Positions 12,231-24,372 of a stretch of 64,000 nt of DNA are shown here, piece by piece (positions within the stretch are counted from its first letter, which is position 1; every line of letters starts with the position of its first letter). The notes under the pieces are model-generated. The model had not been told where the DNA came from and did no database searches. It saw nothing but the letters and a program-made list of their open reading frames with translations. A program made the position numbers and the translations under genes. Origin of the DNA: Cyanophora paradoxa CCMP329. Lineage: Eukaryota; Plantae; Glaucophyta. The stretch is taken from the NCBI GenBank assembly GCA_004431415.1, contig QPMI01000435.1, positions 186,001-250,000 of the forward strand, given 5' to 3'.

Positions 12231-12546
12231 GCGGCAAGGTGTGTTCGATGCACTGCGGTAGCTCGCCGCTCGCCAACCGCTGAGCAGGCGCGCCCGCAGT
12301 TACGTAAGCTGCGCGCGCACTCTCCGGGCCTACGTTATCGACTTCTGCACTGCGGGGCGGTTCGGTTTCAGTCCGGGCGAGTGCAGGAAGCTGCTAGCTA
12401 GGTTGGCCTGTGAAGTGCGCGTACCCGGGAAGTGCCTGAAGGCTGAAGCCTGAAGGCTGAAGCCTGAGGCTGGCGGCGTGGCGCCTGGCCCTATCAGGCG
12501 GTTTCTAGGCCCTTTTCAGCTGCCTGGACTCGGTGAAGCGCCGCAT
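12231..12546. promoter_or_regulatory. Putative bidirectional promoter (USP22 / F-box-WD40) containing a 14-bp tandem repeat
   Basis: Head-to-head ATGs 316 bp apart; GCCTGAAGGCTGAA repeated about 2.5 times near 12433-12472. Confidence 0.5.
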
Positions 12547-15500
12547 ATGGCGGAAGGGCGGAGCTCGCTGCCCAGCGAGCTCGACGATCTGTCCGACGAC
12601 ATCCTTGAGTCGGCGCTGGACAGCATTGGGGCGAAGATCGACGCGGAACGCGTGTCGACGCAGGGCGCGCCGAGCCCGGGCTCACCGGCCGCCCCGAGAT
12701 TGTCAAAGAAGCGCAAGCGGGGCGACGCTGAGAATGACGACGAGCGCCCGAGCGCGCTGGCTCTGAGCTCAGACCTGTGCGCGGGCCGGGCCCGGGCGTG
12801 CGCCGGGCTGCGCCGCGCCGCCCAGCTCACGCGCACGCGCATGGCTTGCAGGTCCGTCGACGCGTTGCCCGACGAAGTCCTTCAGCATATCTTCCAGTAC
12901 ATCGAGGGTCCGGAGATCGCCTCAGTCGTCGCCCGCGTGTGCAGCAAGTGGCGCCAGATCGCCGCCCGCGGGTGATACGCTCGCCGCGCGTCCCCTCGAC
13001 CTTTCCCGACGCCCCCGCGCTCAGGTCTCTGTGGCGCGCGGTGTACTTGCGCCGCTGGTTGCGCGTGGGTTACTACCAGGCGCGCCCCGCACCGTTCGCG
13101 CCCCCCCGCGTGCTTCGCTGAGCGCCGGCGGCAGATTGGGGTGCGGGGGCTGGGCGTCTGCGTGCGGGGCCTGCCCTCCGGCGAGAACATGTCGGGACGC
13201 TGGTCCGGCTGCCCGAACCTCGCCAAGGCGCGCTCGCGCGCGCGCGGGCCCCCGTCGCTCTGCGCCCCGCGCGCCGATCGCCGATCGACGCCGACAGGGG
13301 GAGGAGGCGGTTTCGCGCACGGGCGATGCACGGCCGGCAGAGCTCAACACTATTGACGACGGTGCGACCGATCGAAGCCTGCCTTCCGCGTCCTCCGCGC
13401 GGCTGAGGCGCGCCGGCAGCGGCGTGGAAGGGCCTCTACGTCGAGCGGGACGAGCTCGACCGCAACTGGGACCGCGGTCCGCCCGCCCCCTTCTTCTTCG
13501 AATTCGCCGACGGTTTTGACGCGCGCCCAGGGCGGTACCGGGTGGACTTCCTGGAGGGCCACGCCGGCGCCGTCTGCTCCCTCCAGGCGCCCGCCGCCGC
13601 CGCCCCCCTCGCCTCCCCTCTCCCCTCCCCTCCGCCCCCCCGCCTCACTCCTCTCCGCGGGACAGAGCACGGAGAGCACGATCGTGAGCGGGGGCCAGGA
13701 CGCCGAAGTCCGCGTCTGGGACGCCGACAGCGGCCGGTGCGCCCCCGCCCGCCCCGGCCCGCCCCCGGCCCCGGCCCCACCCTCGCCCCAGGTGCGTGGC
13801 CGCGCTGCGGGGCCACAAGGCGGCGGTTTGGTGCGTCGCCAGCGACGGCGACTGGTGCGCCCCGCCCCGCGCGCCCCGCGCGACCCCCGCTGCTCCGCAC
13901 CCGCCCCGCCCACGCCGCCGCAGCACGATCCTGAGCGCCTCTGGGGACAAGACCATCAAGGTCTGGGACCTCCTGGGTACGCGTTTCGCGCCGCCGCCTC
14001 TCTTTCCACCCCCTCACCGCCCGGGCAGGCCTCGAGTGCGTCGACACGCTCCGCGGGCACACGGCGGAGGTCCGTACCCCTCGGGCATTCTCGCCGTGTA
14101 CCCCCGGCCCGGTCGACGAGGCGCGCCCCCCGTCAGGTCTGGTCCCTCCAGTTCGATGCGCAGCGCGTCGCCTCCGCCTCCGTCGATTCGACTGGCGCGC
14201 CGTACCCCCCCCCCCCGCCTCTTCCCGCCCCCGTACCCCGCGCCGATTTTCGCTGCAGTGAAGCTGTGGGACCGGGCCACCTCGACATGCGTCCGCACGC
14301 TGCAGGGCGCGCCCCGACGCCCGGCCGGCGGCCCCGCCCCGCCTCGCAGCTGAGCGCCCCCTTCAGGGCACGTCTCGTCGGTGTTCTCGGTGCAGCTGCG
14401 GGGGGACACCGTCCTCTCCGGCGGCGCCGACTCCACGGCCAAGCTCTGGTGCCGCCCCCCCGCCCCCGCCCGCCGGCCGGCCGGCCCCGCCCCGCCCCGC
14501 CCCGCCGGCTCACCCCCCCTGCGTCAGGGACCTGCGCGTGGCGGAGCGGGGCGGCCTCGTGCGCTCCCTCGCCGGCCACACCCAGCAGGTCTTCACCGTG
14601 CGCGCCCCAAACCACCCCGTCCTTCCTCCCCTCCTCCTCCTTTCCCCCGCAAGAACCCCGGTACCCAGGTGCAGTACAACGACAACAACCGGCCCGTGAG
14701 CGGCGACCGCTCCGACCGCCGCTCCGTCTCCGACTCCTTCGCGTGCGCCGCGCCGTTCCCCCGCTCTCCGCCTGCTTTTGACGTACCCCCGCAGGGGCGC
14801 CGCCGCGCGCTACGACCGGGCGCTGACGGGCAGGCGCGCCCTCCCCGTTCCTCTCCCCCCCTTCAACCTTTATCTCATACCCCCCCAGCGGGGACGCGAC
14901 GCTGAAGCTGTGGGACCTCGCCTCGGGGCGCTGCCTCCGCACCTTCGCCGGCCACCGCGACTCCGTCTGGTATCCCCCCTAAGCTCCTTCCCCCACCCTC
15001 CCCCGCCCACGCCCTCGCCGCAGGTGCGCGCGGTACGACGGCCGCCGCATCGTCTCGGGCTCCGTCGACCGCTCCGTCCGGTGCGCTGTAACCCCCTCGT
15101 CCTCCCCCCCACCCCCCTCTGAATCGGCCGCAGGGTGTGGGGGGACGCGGAGGGGCGCCCACGGGCCTCGTTCCACGTGCACGTGGAGCCCGTCTTCTGC
15201 CTCGACGTCGACGAGGCCAAGATCGTGCGTACCCCCCTAGACCTCCCCCCCCCTCCCCCTTCCCCCCACCCCCCCGTCGAGCCCGGGCGGGGGCAGGTGT
15301 CGGGGAGCGGGGACGGGGTGATCGCGCTGTGGGACTTCAGCCGGCGGACGGAGGAGGAGCAGCGCTTCGACGGCTCCAGCTGGCGCTCCGACGGCGCCTT
15401 CGTCGAGGCCCACCGCCAGTTCGCCCAGATCCAGGCCCGTCCTCGAGCTCCGCGCCCCCTCCGAGGGCCCCGCCCTCCCCGCCCCGTCGCTGACGAGGGC

Positions 15501-15597
15501 GCAGGAGGACCAGCAGGAGAGCTTCGAGCGGGCGCGGCACCGCCTCGCCGACAACCGCCGCCTCGACCGCTTCCAGCTCGCCGCCAAGTTCGCCTAG
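12547..15597 (+). CDS. F-box/WD40-repeat protein (FBXW7/Cdc4-like SCF substrate adaptor)
   Basis: F-box [33 protein letters not shown]. About seven WD40 repeats ([21 protein letters not shown]; [20 protein letters not shown]; SASVDSTVKLWD; [12 protein letters not shown]; [12 protein letters not shown]). Confidence 0.9.
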
Positions 15598-15701
15598 CCC
15601 CGCCCCGCCCTCCCCTCTCCTCCGCTCCGTATTCCCTGCTGTGCTGTAATATTCTTCTTTCTTCTGTACATAAGACGACAGGGGATCTCGAGGGGCGCCG
15701 C

Positions 15702-16141
15702 TCAGGGCCCCTCGTAGCCCCGCTTGATGTAGGCGCTCCGGCACACGGGGCACTGCGCGGCGCGGGGTCAGGCCGGGGCGGGCAGACCTAGAGGCCCAGA
15801 GCCGAAAGCTTAAGGAGGGTCGCGGGCACCGTGGGCGACTCGTCGCCCACGGCGAAGGACTCCAGCGACTCGATGCACGCCGTGTGGAACACGTGGCTGG
15901 AGAGAGGGGGTACGGGTGAGGAGAGGGGCTGGGTACCGGTTGGTGGGCGAGGGGGGCACCTGCAGCTCAGGATCGTCCTCGCCCGCGCCCGCGGCGGTTT
16001 CTTCGATTGCCGCCTGCCGCCCTTGGCCGCCCCCGCCACCCCGCCCCGCCCGCGGCCCGCCGCCGCTGCGCCACCCCGGCCGGCCCCGCGGCCGCCCCCC
16101 GCCCCGGGCGCCGCGCCCCCTGCCCGGCGCCTCCTTCGCGC

Positions 16142-16175
<34 letters not shown>

Positions 16176-18019
16176 GGCGGGCCCGGCCATCGCCTGCAGG
16201 CAGATGGGGCAGTCCTCGCAGCCGCGCTCGGAGGCCTGCCGCAGGGCGGCGCCGTCAAGCCGCGGGGCGGGAGGGGCGGGAGCTCCAGTCTGAGCCTCAG
16301 GCGCACCCTGCGGGAGACGGCGTCCCAGTCCACCGCCGCAGCCTCCGACGCGCTGCGCCCAAGGGCCCTGAGCTGGGACGGCGGCGGGATCTCTTCGCGC
16401 GGGGCGGGGGCCGGGCGCACGCGAAGACGGCGCGCGCCCGCGCGACGCTCGCGTCGATGTCGGAGAGCAGCCAGTCGACCGCCCGGCCTGCGCACGCGGT
16501 CAGAGCGCCGCCGCCGCCCTCGGGCGCCGGGCTGGGCCCGCGCGCCCTCGTCGTGTACGGCCCGGAGGAGGTCGTCCGAGAGCAGGCCGAGCTGCGGGAG
16601 GGGTACAGGGTTAGACGGGTGAATCCGAGGGGGTACAGCGGCGGGGGCGGGCCTGCTGGGCGGCCCACTTCTTGCGGGCGCGGACGTCGGCGGGTACGAC
16701 GCCCTTCGTGGCCCGCGCGTACCGCCTTCGGGCGAGGAACCCCCGCACGACCGCCTGCAGCCTGCGCCCGTGCTCGAGCCGGCACCCGGGGCGGCCGAAA
16801 GGGGTACGGGGCCGCGGACTTGATCGTGCAGCGCTCGCGGAAGTGCTCGGCTCCGTCCTGGATCACCCGCTTCTGGTACGACTCCTGGGGGGGGGGAAGG
16901 GGATCAGAGGGGGGTACGGGGTTGGCGGGAGGGGGTGCGGGGCGGGCGGGCCTTCCGGCACATGGGGCAGGATTTGATCCGCGCGTGCCGCTCGAAGGCG
17001 GCCAGGCAGGACTTGTGGAAGACTGCGGGCGGCAATTCAAGTCGCACCCCGGACCTGGCCGGGCGGGGCGGGGCGGGGCGGGGCGGGGCGGGGCGGGGCG
17101 GGGCGGGGCGGGGCGGGGCACCGTGGGAGCAGGAGAGGAGGATCTGCTCGCGGTCGTCGAATTCCTCGCGGCAGATCGGACACTCCACGTCCTCCCGCCC
17201 CCGCTCCGCCGCCCGCCGCTCCACCGCCTCCCACTCTGCCCCGCCCCCGCCCCGCCCCTCAGCGAGGCGGCGGCGCCGGGGCGGCCGCGGCCGCGGCGCG
17301 CGCGCGCACCCTGCTGGGAGAGGGCGCGCTGCGGCTGCTTGACGAGCCCCTGGCGCTCCGCCAGCGTCATCTGGTAGTCGTGCGTGATTGGCGGCCGCCG
17401 CGACAGGTCCTGCGGTGGGCCGGCGCCGGGCGCGTGAGCGCAGGGCCCCGCTGGCGGCTTGGGCGGACGCGCGCGCCTTCTTGAAGGTGGTCGCGGGGGT
17501 GAGGTTCAGAGTGAGGCGGCGCAGGAGGTGGTCCTGCAGCGCTGCGGCGGAGACCGACGCGTTTTGAACGACTCCCGCCGGGGAGCTCGATCCCGCCGGG
17601 CCCGCCGGGCCCGCCGGCGGTCTCGCCGCCGACGCTCCAGCGGCGCTGGCGCCGGGCACAGTGTGGCCCCCTGCAGCTGGCGGCCTCGCGGCCGCGGCGG
17701 CGGCGGCGCTGGGGCCGCTGCGGCCCGCTGGCGGGCCGATGCTGGCGCTGCGGGGGACCGCTGTCGGTCTCACTGAGCTCCCGTGCGTGTCTCTTTCCAG
17801 GCCAAACGCGTGCAGGTCCGCTGCAGCTGGCCCGCGGCCCGCACTAAGCGCACGAGCCGCCGCCGCCCCGCCGCCGCTCGCTCTGCGTCCCCGGGGCGGA
17901 AGGGAAGCGTCCCTGGGCATCCCTTCGCCTTGCTGAGTTCCCGCACCAGCGAGACCCAGAAGCGCGCCAACGGGGAGCCGCGCGCCGCTGGAGACACCGC
18001 GGCCGGCGCCCGGCGCCAT
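15702..18019 (-). CDS. RNF32: RING finger protein 32 (two RING-H2 domains flanking an IQ motif)
   Basis: AAALQDHLL N-terminal motif, TLAERQGLV, RING1 CPICREEF..LLSCSHVFHKSCLAAFE..SCPMCRK, IQ LQAVVRGFLARRRY, RING2 CPICL..ILSCSHVFHTACIESLE..CPVCRSAY. The start codon is uncertain. Confidence 0.88.
17061..17119. repeat. Intronic (GGGGC)n pentanucleotide microsatellite
   Basis: About 11 tandem GGGGC units in an RNF32 intron; similar tracts at ~40170-40205 and ~49815-49880. Confidence 0.9.
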
Positions 18020-18182
18020 AAATACACTAAGAATGCTGTCACCTCATCGTACCTGCGTCTGTTGAGCGCCTCAGCTGCGTCTCTAGGCTTCGCTTCCCTT
18101 CCAAAGGGGTACAGTCACACCCTACGCATGAGCGCCGGCGGTGCGCCCCGGCTCGCCCTAATGCTCTATGCGCTCCTTGCAA
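18020..18182. promoter_or_regulatory. Putative compact bidirectional promoter (RNF32 / PEX10)
   Basis: Divergent predicted ATGs only ~163 bp apart; the interval has lower GC than the gene bodies. Confidence 0.45.
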
Positions 18183-19822
18183 ATGCCTGAGACGTCTCCC
18201 GCAGGCGCCACGTTCCAGGCGGCCGCCCAGCCGGACATCGTGCGCAGCTGGCAGAAGGACGACTACTATGCGCGAGAGCTCGAACAGCAGATCGCGGAGC
18301 TTGCCACGCGTGCCTTCGGTGCGCCATGTTGCCACTGTCACTCTTCATTGGCTCTGATCGGCGGCGGCCCGCGCAGGCGTGCGGAACTCGCTCAAGTACC
18401 AGAAAGAGATCCGCATGTCTTCCGATGCGCTCTTCTACGCGCTCACGACCCTGATCGGTGCGCCGCGCTCCCTCGACCCGGCCGCGCGCCTTCTCAGGCC
18501 CGCGCAGGCAACCGCACGCTGGGCGAGGAGTACTGTGACATAGTACAGATCAAGCACGGCTCGGGGAGCCTTCCGGGGACCCTCGTGCGCGCCGCCCGCC
18601 CTGCGGCTGCGGTGCGCGGCGAGTGCGGGCGCGAGCGGGGGGGCGCCGCAGACGCGGGCGAGCCTCGTCTTCTGGCAGTCGGTCGCGCCGTACCTGTGGG
18701 AGACTGGCCTCTCCAGGGCCGGCACGGCAGCCCGCGAGCTCGAGGGGCGCCAGGGTCCGCCCCCGCTCGATCCCCGAGTCATCGCCGCGCGCGTTGCGCT
18801 GACCGGCGGCGCCGCGCCAGACGCCGCGGGGGCGCTGGCGCGAGCGGCGCGGCGGGGGGTCCCGCTGCTCCGGGCCTGCGCGCCCGTGCTGAGCAAGTGG
18901 CACCTCGCCCTCTTCTACTTCTTCGGCGCGCCGCCCGCCCCCGCCCCGAGCGCCCGGCCCTTCCCTCGCGCGACCCGCCCTCGCAGGGATCTACTACCAG
19001 CTCTCCAAGCGCTTCTCCGGCGTCCGATACGTGCGCCCCCCTCCCGCGCCCGCCGCGCCGCCGGTTCTCGGGCCTGAGGGCCGCCGGGGCGGGGCGGGGC
19101 GTGCCGCGCAGATCTTCGCGCGGCGGCAGGGGGAGCAGCGGCCGAAGTACGCGGCGCTGGGCGCCCTCATCGCCCTCCAGTTCGCCATACAAGCAGCCTT
19201 CTTTCTCCGCCGCAAGGCCCGCCCGCCCCGCAGGCCGGGCCCGGGCGCCCCCCTCGTCTTCCTCTCTGATGTGTTTTGGCGCAGCTGCGGGCGAGGCGGG
19301 CGGAGTGGGCGGGGGAGGGCGGGGCGGACGGGAGCGAGAGGGAGGGCGGGGGCGGGGGCGGGGGCGTGGGCGGGGGCGAGGAGGGCTGGGCCGAGTGGGA
19401 CGAGTGCGTTGGGCCGCGCCGCCCCGCGCCCGGCGCCCCCTCACGGGCCGCCGACAGCTCGGTCGAGCCCGAGGAGCCGGGGGCGCCCCCCGCAAAGGAG
19501 GATGAGGCGCGCTCTCGCAGCGATGACCCCGCGCCCCGCGCCCCGCGCCTGCTCACGGGTCCTGCCGGCAGGCCCCCAAGAAGTGCCCGCTCTGCCTGGA
19601 GCCGAGGCGGCGGGCGACGGTGACGCCCTGCGGGTCCGCCGGCGCCCCGCGCCCGCCCGAAGTCCCGCGCGGCTGAGGCGGGCGGGGCGGGGCGGGGCGG
19701 GGCGCAGGCACGTCTTCTGCTGGGAGTGTGCCGTGGACTGGTTTCGGGGCCGCCCGGAGTGCCCCATCTGCAGGAGCCCCGCCCAGCTCCGCTCCCTCGT
19801 CGCCCTCGCCCACTACCCCTGA
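18183..19822 (+). CDS. PEX10: Peroxisome biogenesis factor 10 (Pex2/Pex12 N-terminal domain plus C3HC4 RING), 11 exons
   Basis: AAQPDIVRSWQKDDYY, YALTTLIGNRTLGEEYCDI, HLALFYFFGIYYQLSKRFSGVRY, RPKYAALG, and RING CPLCLE..TPCGHVFCWECAVDW..ECPICR. Confidence 0.95.
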
Positions 19823-20755
19823 GGCGGCGCCCCGCGGGGGGCCCTTTCGGGAGCTCCCATCCGCCGGCGCCGGGCGACCCCGCCGGGGAATGGAGGGGCG
19901 GGGCCGGCGCCGGCTTTCCCGCGCGTCGCTCGCACCGCTCGGGGGCGCGAGGCCGGGGGCGCGCCCGAGCCGAGGGCGGCGGGGCTCGGGGCGTCCACCA
20001 GACGGGGTGCCGCGGGGGTTCTCTGGCCGTGCAGGGGCGGCGGGCGGTCGGCCCCGAGCGCAGCTCAGCGTCCCGGCGCTGGGTTCTGGGCCCTCGCGGA
20101 TCAGGCCAGGGGCCCCTCCATGCGGGCCTTGCAATTGTTCGATCCAGGCGCACGCCCCGCGCGCGCCGCCGCGATCTACTGCAGCTGGCCGCGCTCGCCC
20201 CCGTGTGTGCTCATGCCCATCCTCTCCCCACCCGCCCGGCCGGGCGCCCCAGCGCACGCGCCCGGCCCCAGCCTTCCCCCGAATATCGTGGGTCGATCGC
20301 TGTATATTTACTTTGATTAATATTATCATAGTAGTATATACAATTCCCCCCCGCCCCCCCCCCCCCCCCCTCCCCCCTTTGAGCTAGCGCTGTAGATTCA
20401 ACTCGAAGTTCTCCAGCTGCAGCTTCAATTGATCAAATTAAAGTTTCAGTCAGTTGCAGCTGCAGCTTTTTTATGCGCATGCAGATCTAGACTCGATTAG
20501 AGATCACGCTTACACACTCCACATATCCTACAAAGACTCTTGGGTGGCCGACGCGTCCTTGCGGGGTTCTTGGTTCGCGGCCCCGCGGAACGTCGACATG
20601 CAATTATGTATAACAACGTCGACAGGGCGCCCACGCGCCTAGGCGTCATCGAGGGCGAGCGCGGCCTGCTGCAAAGGTCACGATCAGCTGCCGCAGTGCA
20701 GCTGCAGCTGCGCGTGCAGGCCGCCGCGTGCACAATCTAATCATATAGGTCCATT

Positions 20756-22480
20756 TCATCGAGATTTAGAAGCTGCTCGCACCAGATCGGCCTCCAAATC
20801 GAAGTCGACGTCGTCCTCCGCGTCGTGATCGAAGAAGGCGCGCTCCTCCTCAGCCTCCTGCGGCGCCTCGTCCAGCCGGCTGTTCGGCTCCACAACGGTC
20901 TCGAGCTGGAGCTCGAGGCGGCCCGGCGGCGTGATGACCAGCAGCTGCTTCAAGTTCGTGTCCGACAACACGCTGCGAGTCGCCGCGGGGGATAATAACG
21001 TTAATGGCTCAGTGCACGTGAAGGACTGAAAGCTTGACGAGGTCTGCTTAGATCAACGTGATCCAGCATAACGCGGCGCACTTCTTCTGGTCGAGTACGA
21101 CCTTTGAAGGGCCGTCGACGTCCGTTGCACTGTCCTGCACATACCTTCGCGAGCACAGCGGGATCAGCTGATAATGCGGTAGCGAAACTCGTGTTGGGCC
21201 GCGGGCATGGTGGGGTTGGAATTCGAAGAGAGTCGAGGGGGGGGGGGGGAATGATGATTAAAATGGGGGGAGGGGTGAGAAGGGTGGAAAGTGGGGGGAG
21301 GGGGCCGGGGGAGGGGAAGAGCGGAGGGGGAGGGAGGAAGAGGGGTTCGCGAGGGGGGTGGGGACGGGGGGCGGGGTGTCGCGGGGGGTGGGGATCGCAC
21401 GTCCAGATGTTGTTGTCCTCCCCGATCCAGAATCGAACAAGGTCCTGCGCATGCGCGGGTCTTCGTTATCAGGATTGAGAAAGGTTCCACACCAGCTGCA
21501 GCAAAGGGCTAGCGCTCACGCCGCCGTCGAATTCCCCCATGTTGTCGACGCTGTACGTGTGCACGTGCGCGTGGGACGCCCGTGAGCCCGAGTAGTTATG
21601 AACATATGTTTTTTATTGATGATCACCCCACGAGCTGGTCTTTGTTGAGCGTCTTGTCCTTGTTCCCGACGATGGGTTTGTTCTGCGGCAAAATGAATTC
21701 ATGATCAGAAACCACGGCTCGATCGCGATCGCAAGCGATTCGCCAAACATCGCGATCGATACCGATATCCAGAACTTTATGAATAAGCTAGCACATTCCA
21801 TTTGTATTACCTTGATCAGTGTCTTTGAAACTTCGTCCCAGGACCCGAGAAGGTCGAGGTGCCGGTCCTGTACATGCGCGAGGTTTATACTTCGTGTGAG
21901 CCGCAGGCCTGTTCAGAGACCTAGAAGCCGGTCGCGATCGTATATATGCTCAAGATGGCGGTGCTCACGTTGTTGACGAGGTGCTTCAGGACCGTGCCGT
22001 CCTCGAGCACGTGCGAGTGAGCGCTCCAGAGGTACTTCTCAGCCGGCTTGTCCACGTCGCACTCCGAAGTCCGCAGGGTCCAGTTGTTCGCCTCATCGAA
22101 GAACAGGCACTTCAGATCGTGGCCCTGCGTAAATGCGCGCACGAGGTCATGAGCTGTACATGTGCCCTGCGGCCGCTGCAGGCAATTGCAACGCGTCGAT
22201 TCGTGCCTGGCGGATGGTGAACGCGTCGGGAGGATATCTGATCGAAGGACGCTGCGTTAGCAACGTGAAGCGTATTCGCATGCATCGCCGCGCTAGGCGC
22301 AAGCCGAGCCTAAGTAGCCCACGGCGATGCCGCAGGACAATAATTTTTTAAATACAGCCTGCAGCTGCAGCTGGCAGAGACGGGTGATCGTGAGAGAGCT
22401 CACAGGTCGCCCGGGTGGTAGCCCGGAATGACGATGTTACTTGAGGGCTTCTCGCAACACCGCTCGACGTGTACGGACAT
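20756..22480 (-). CDS. Hypothetical multi-exon protein with acidic C-terminus
   Basis: Consecutive GT-AG-bounded open exons (GHDLKCLFFDEANNWTLRTSEC..; LRLTRSINLAHVQDRHLDLLGSWDEVSKTLIK; WCGTFLNPDNEDPRMRR; VCAGQCNGRRRPF..; LLVITPPGRLELQLE..stop). No domain recognised; 5' end uncertain. Confidence 0.5.
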
Positions 22481-24372
22481 CTCTAGATCTAGATCCACGG
22501 CAGGCGCTGCTGCCGTGCTGCTTGCCTAGTAGGCCGGGCTTGCTTACACGCCTCAGCGGCCTTAGGTTCCTTAGCTATAGCCTAGTAGGGACCTCAAGGC
22601 TGATGGGGCGCGGTTTCCGCCACACACGCCGTGACGTGCACGCGCGCGTACCGTAGTACGTTACTACGGTTAATTTCGTCGTTGAAGGCCTGGCCGGGCT
22701 GGCCCAGTGCGCGGCGCGCGGGCCGCGCGCGCGGCCCGCCGCGGCCCGCGGCCGCCCGGCGGGCGCGGCCCGGGCCGGGCGGCGGCCCCCGCGCGGCGCG
22801 CGCCGGGCCGCGCCGCCAGAGTCGCGGGACTCGCGGCGCCACCGCCGGCCAGAGCCGCCAGAGCCTCGGCCGCGGGGCCCGGGCCCGGGCCCGGGCGGGC
22901 CGGGCCCCGGGGCCCGGACCGCCCGCTGCCGGCGCCCGCGCGGCGGCCGGGGCCCGCCGGGCCGGGCCGGCCGCCGGGCCCCGGGCCCCCGGCGGCCCCG
23001 GCCCCCGGGCCCCGGGCCCCGGGCCCCGGGCCCCCGGCCCCCCGGCCCCGCCGCCCCGGCCCCGCCCGGGACTCCGGGGAGCCTCCCGCCGGACTCGCGG
23101 CCGGAGAGAGCTGCCCCGGCCCCCAGGACTCCAGGAGCTGAGAGCCTGCAAGCTACCAGTACCGGTGCCGGTTCGCAATACCCCAACCGTCCGCAGCCGT
23201 TACGTACTGGACCACTAGTAGCCTAGTAGCAGGTCCACTACCAGTAGGTCCGGTACCAACTTACTGCCAAGTACCGACTCGCGCGACGAGTAAGCGATCA
23301 CGGCGTACCGGCCCGGTACCGATCGACGGGATCCCGGAACTGCATGCAAGTTCTGCTGCTTCTGCAACAGTGCAATCGATATATCACTGTCGCCTGTAGG
23401 CTGTAGCCTGTAGGATTGTTTATTTAACCGTGGGTTTAAAATGCCGTATAAATCGCCAAGAGGCCGAATATTTAATTCGGCGATTCAGAGTCGCGGCAAT
23501 TCTTAGGGGGTAGGGCTAACGACCGCTTTTGTATAGCGCCAAATTCGCCGCCAATGCCGCACGGCCCGCACCATAGAAGAAGTCCAGAGTTTATTTATTG
23601 CCACGGCGCAATTCCGGTTTTGGGCGAATTCGGCAATTTCACTACCGGTACGCGCGCGCGGCAATTTACTAAGTTAAGCAATATCCTACGTATACAGCCG
23701 CTGACGTGACTCGGCGCTGAGCACCGGCCCGGCGGTGCCACCGGTTACCGGTACCGGTATCGTACTAGTACTGCCACGGTACTGGCAGAAGTACCAGCCT
23801 CTCTAGCGGCGGTTTTTTCTAGGCTTTCGAATTCGAAACTTGACATTTCAGACGAACGTTAACGCGACCTCGACCTCGAGGCCCCGAGTCGATCGCGAGG
23901 GCCGACGTCGACCCGGCCGAGGCCCGAGGGCCGATGTTCAGCGGCTCGACGGGACAGCCTCGACCTCGATCGCGATCGATCATCGGATCGAGGTCCAGCT
24001 GCAGCTGCAGCTAGCTGCAGGTTCGAATTCGGCAATTCAGGCAAGTCATATGCATGGTCGATAAAAGGCAATTAATGATCATGATCATGATCGATATCAG
24101 GCGAGCGCCGAGCGAGCGCGATTCAATGATTTCGAACCCGAGGACCGAGGTCCCGAACCAGTACTGCGCATCCGAGCGCTTCCAAATAATTCAAGCGCCA
24201 AATTCGAAGCCTCGCGATCGGCGAGCGCTAGCTAGCGCTCGCTATAGCGTCATGCACACGGCGCACGTCTCGGAGGCGCGCGCGCTGCAGCCTGCAGATG
24301 CATGTGCCTAAATCTCAATTAGCAGAATGCATGTGGGGGGATCTGCGCTAGCTGCACCGGGGGCAGGGGGCA

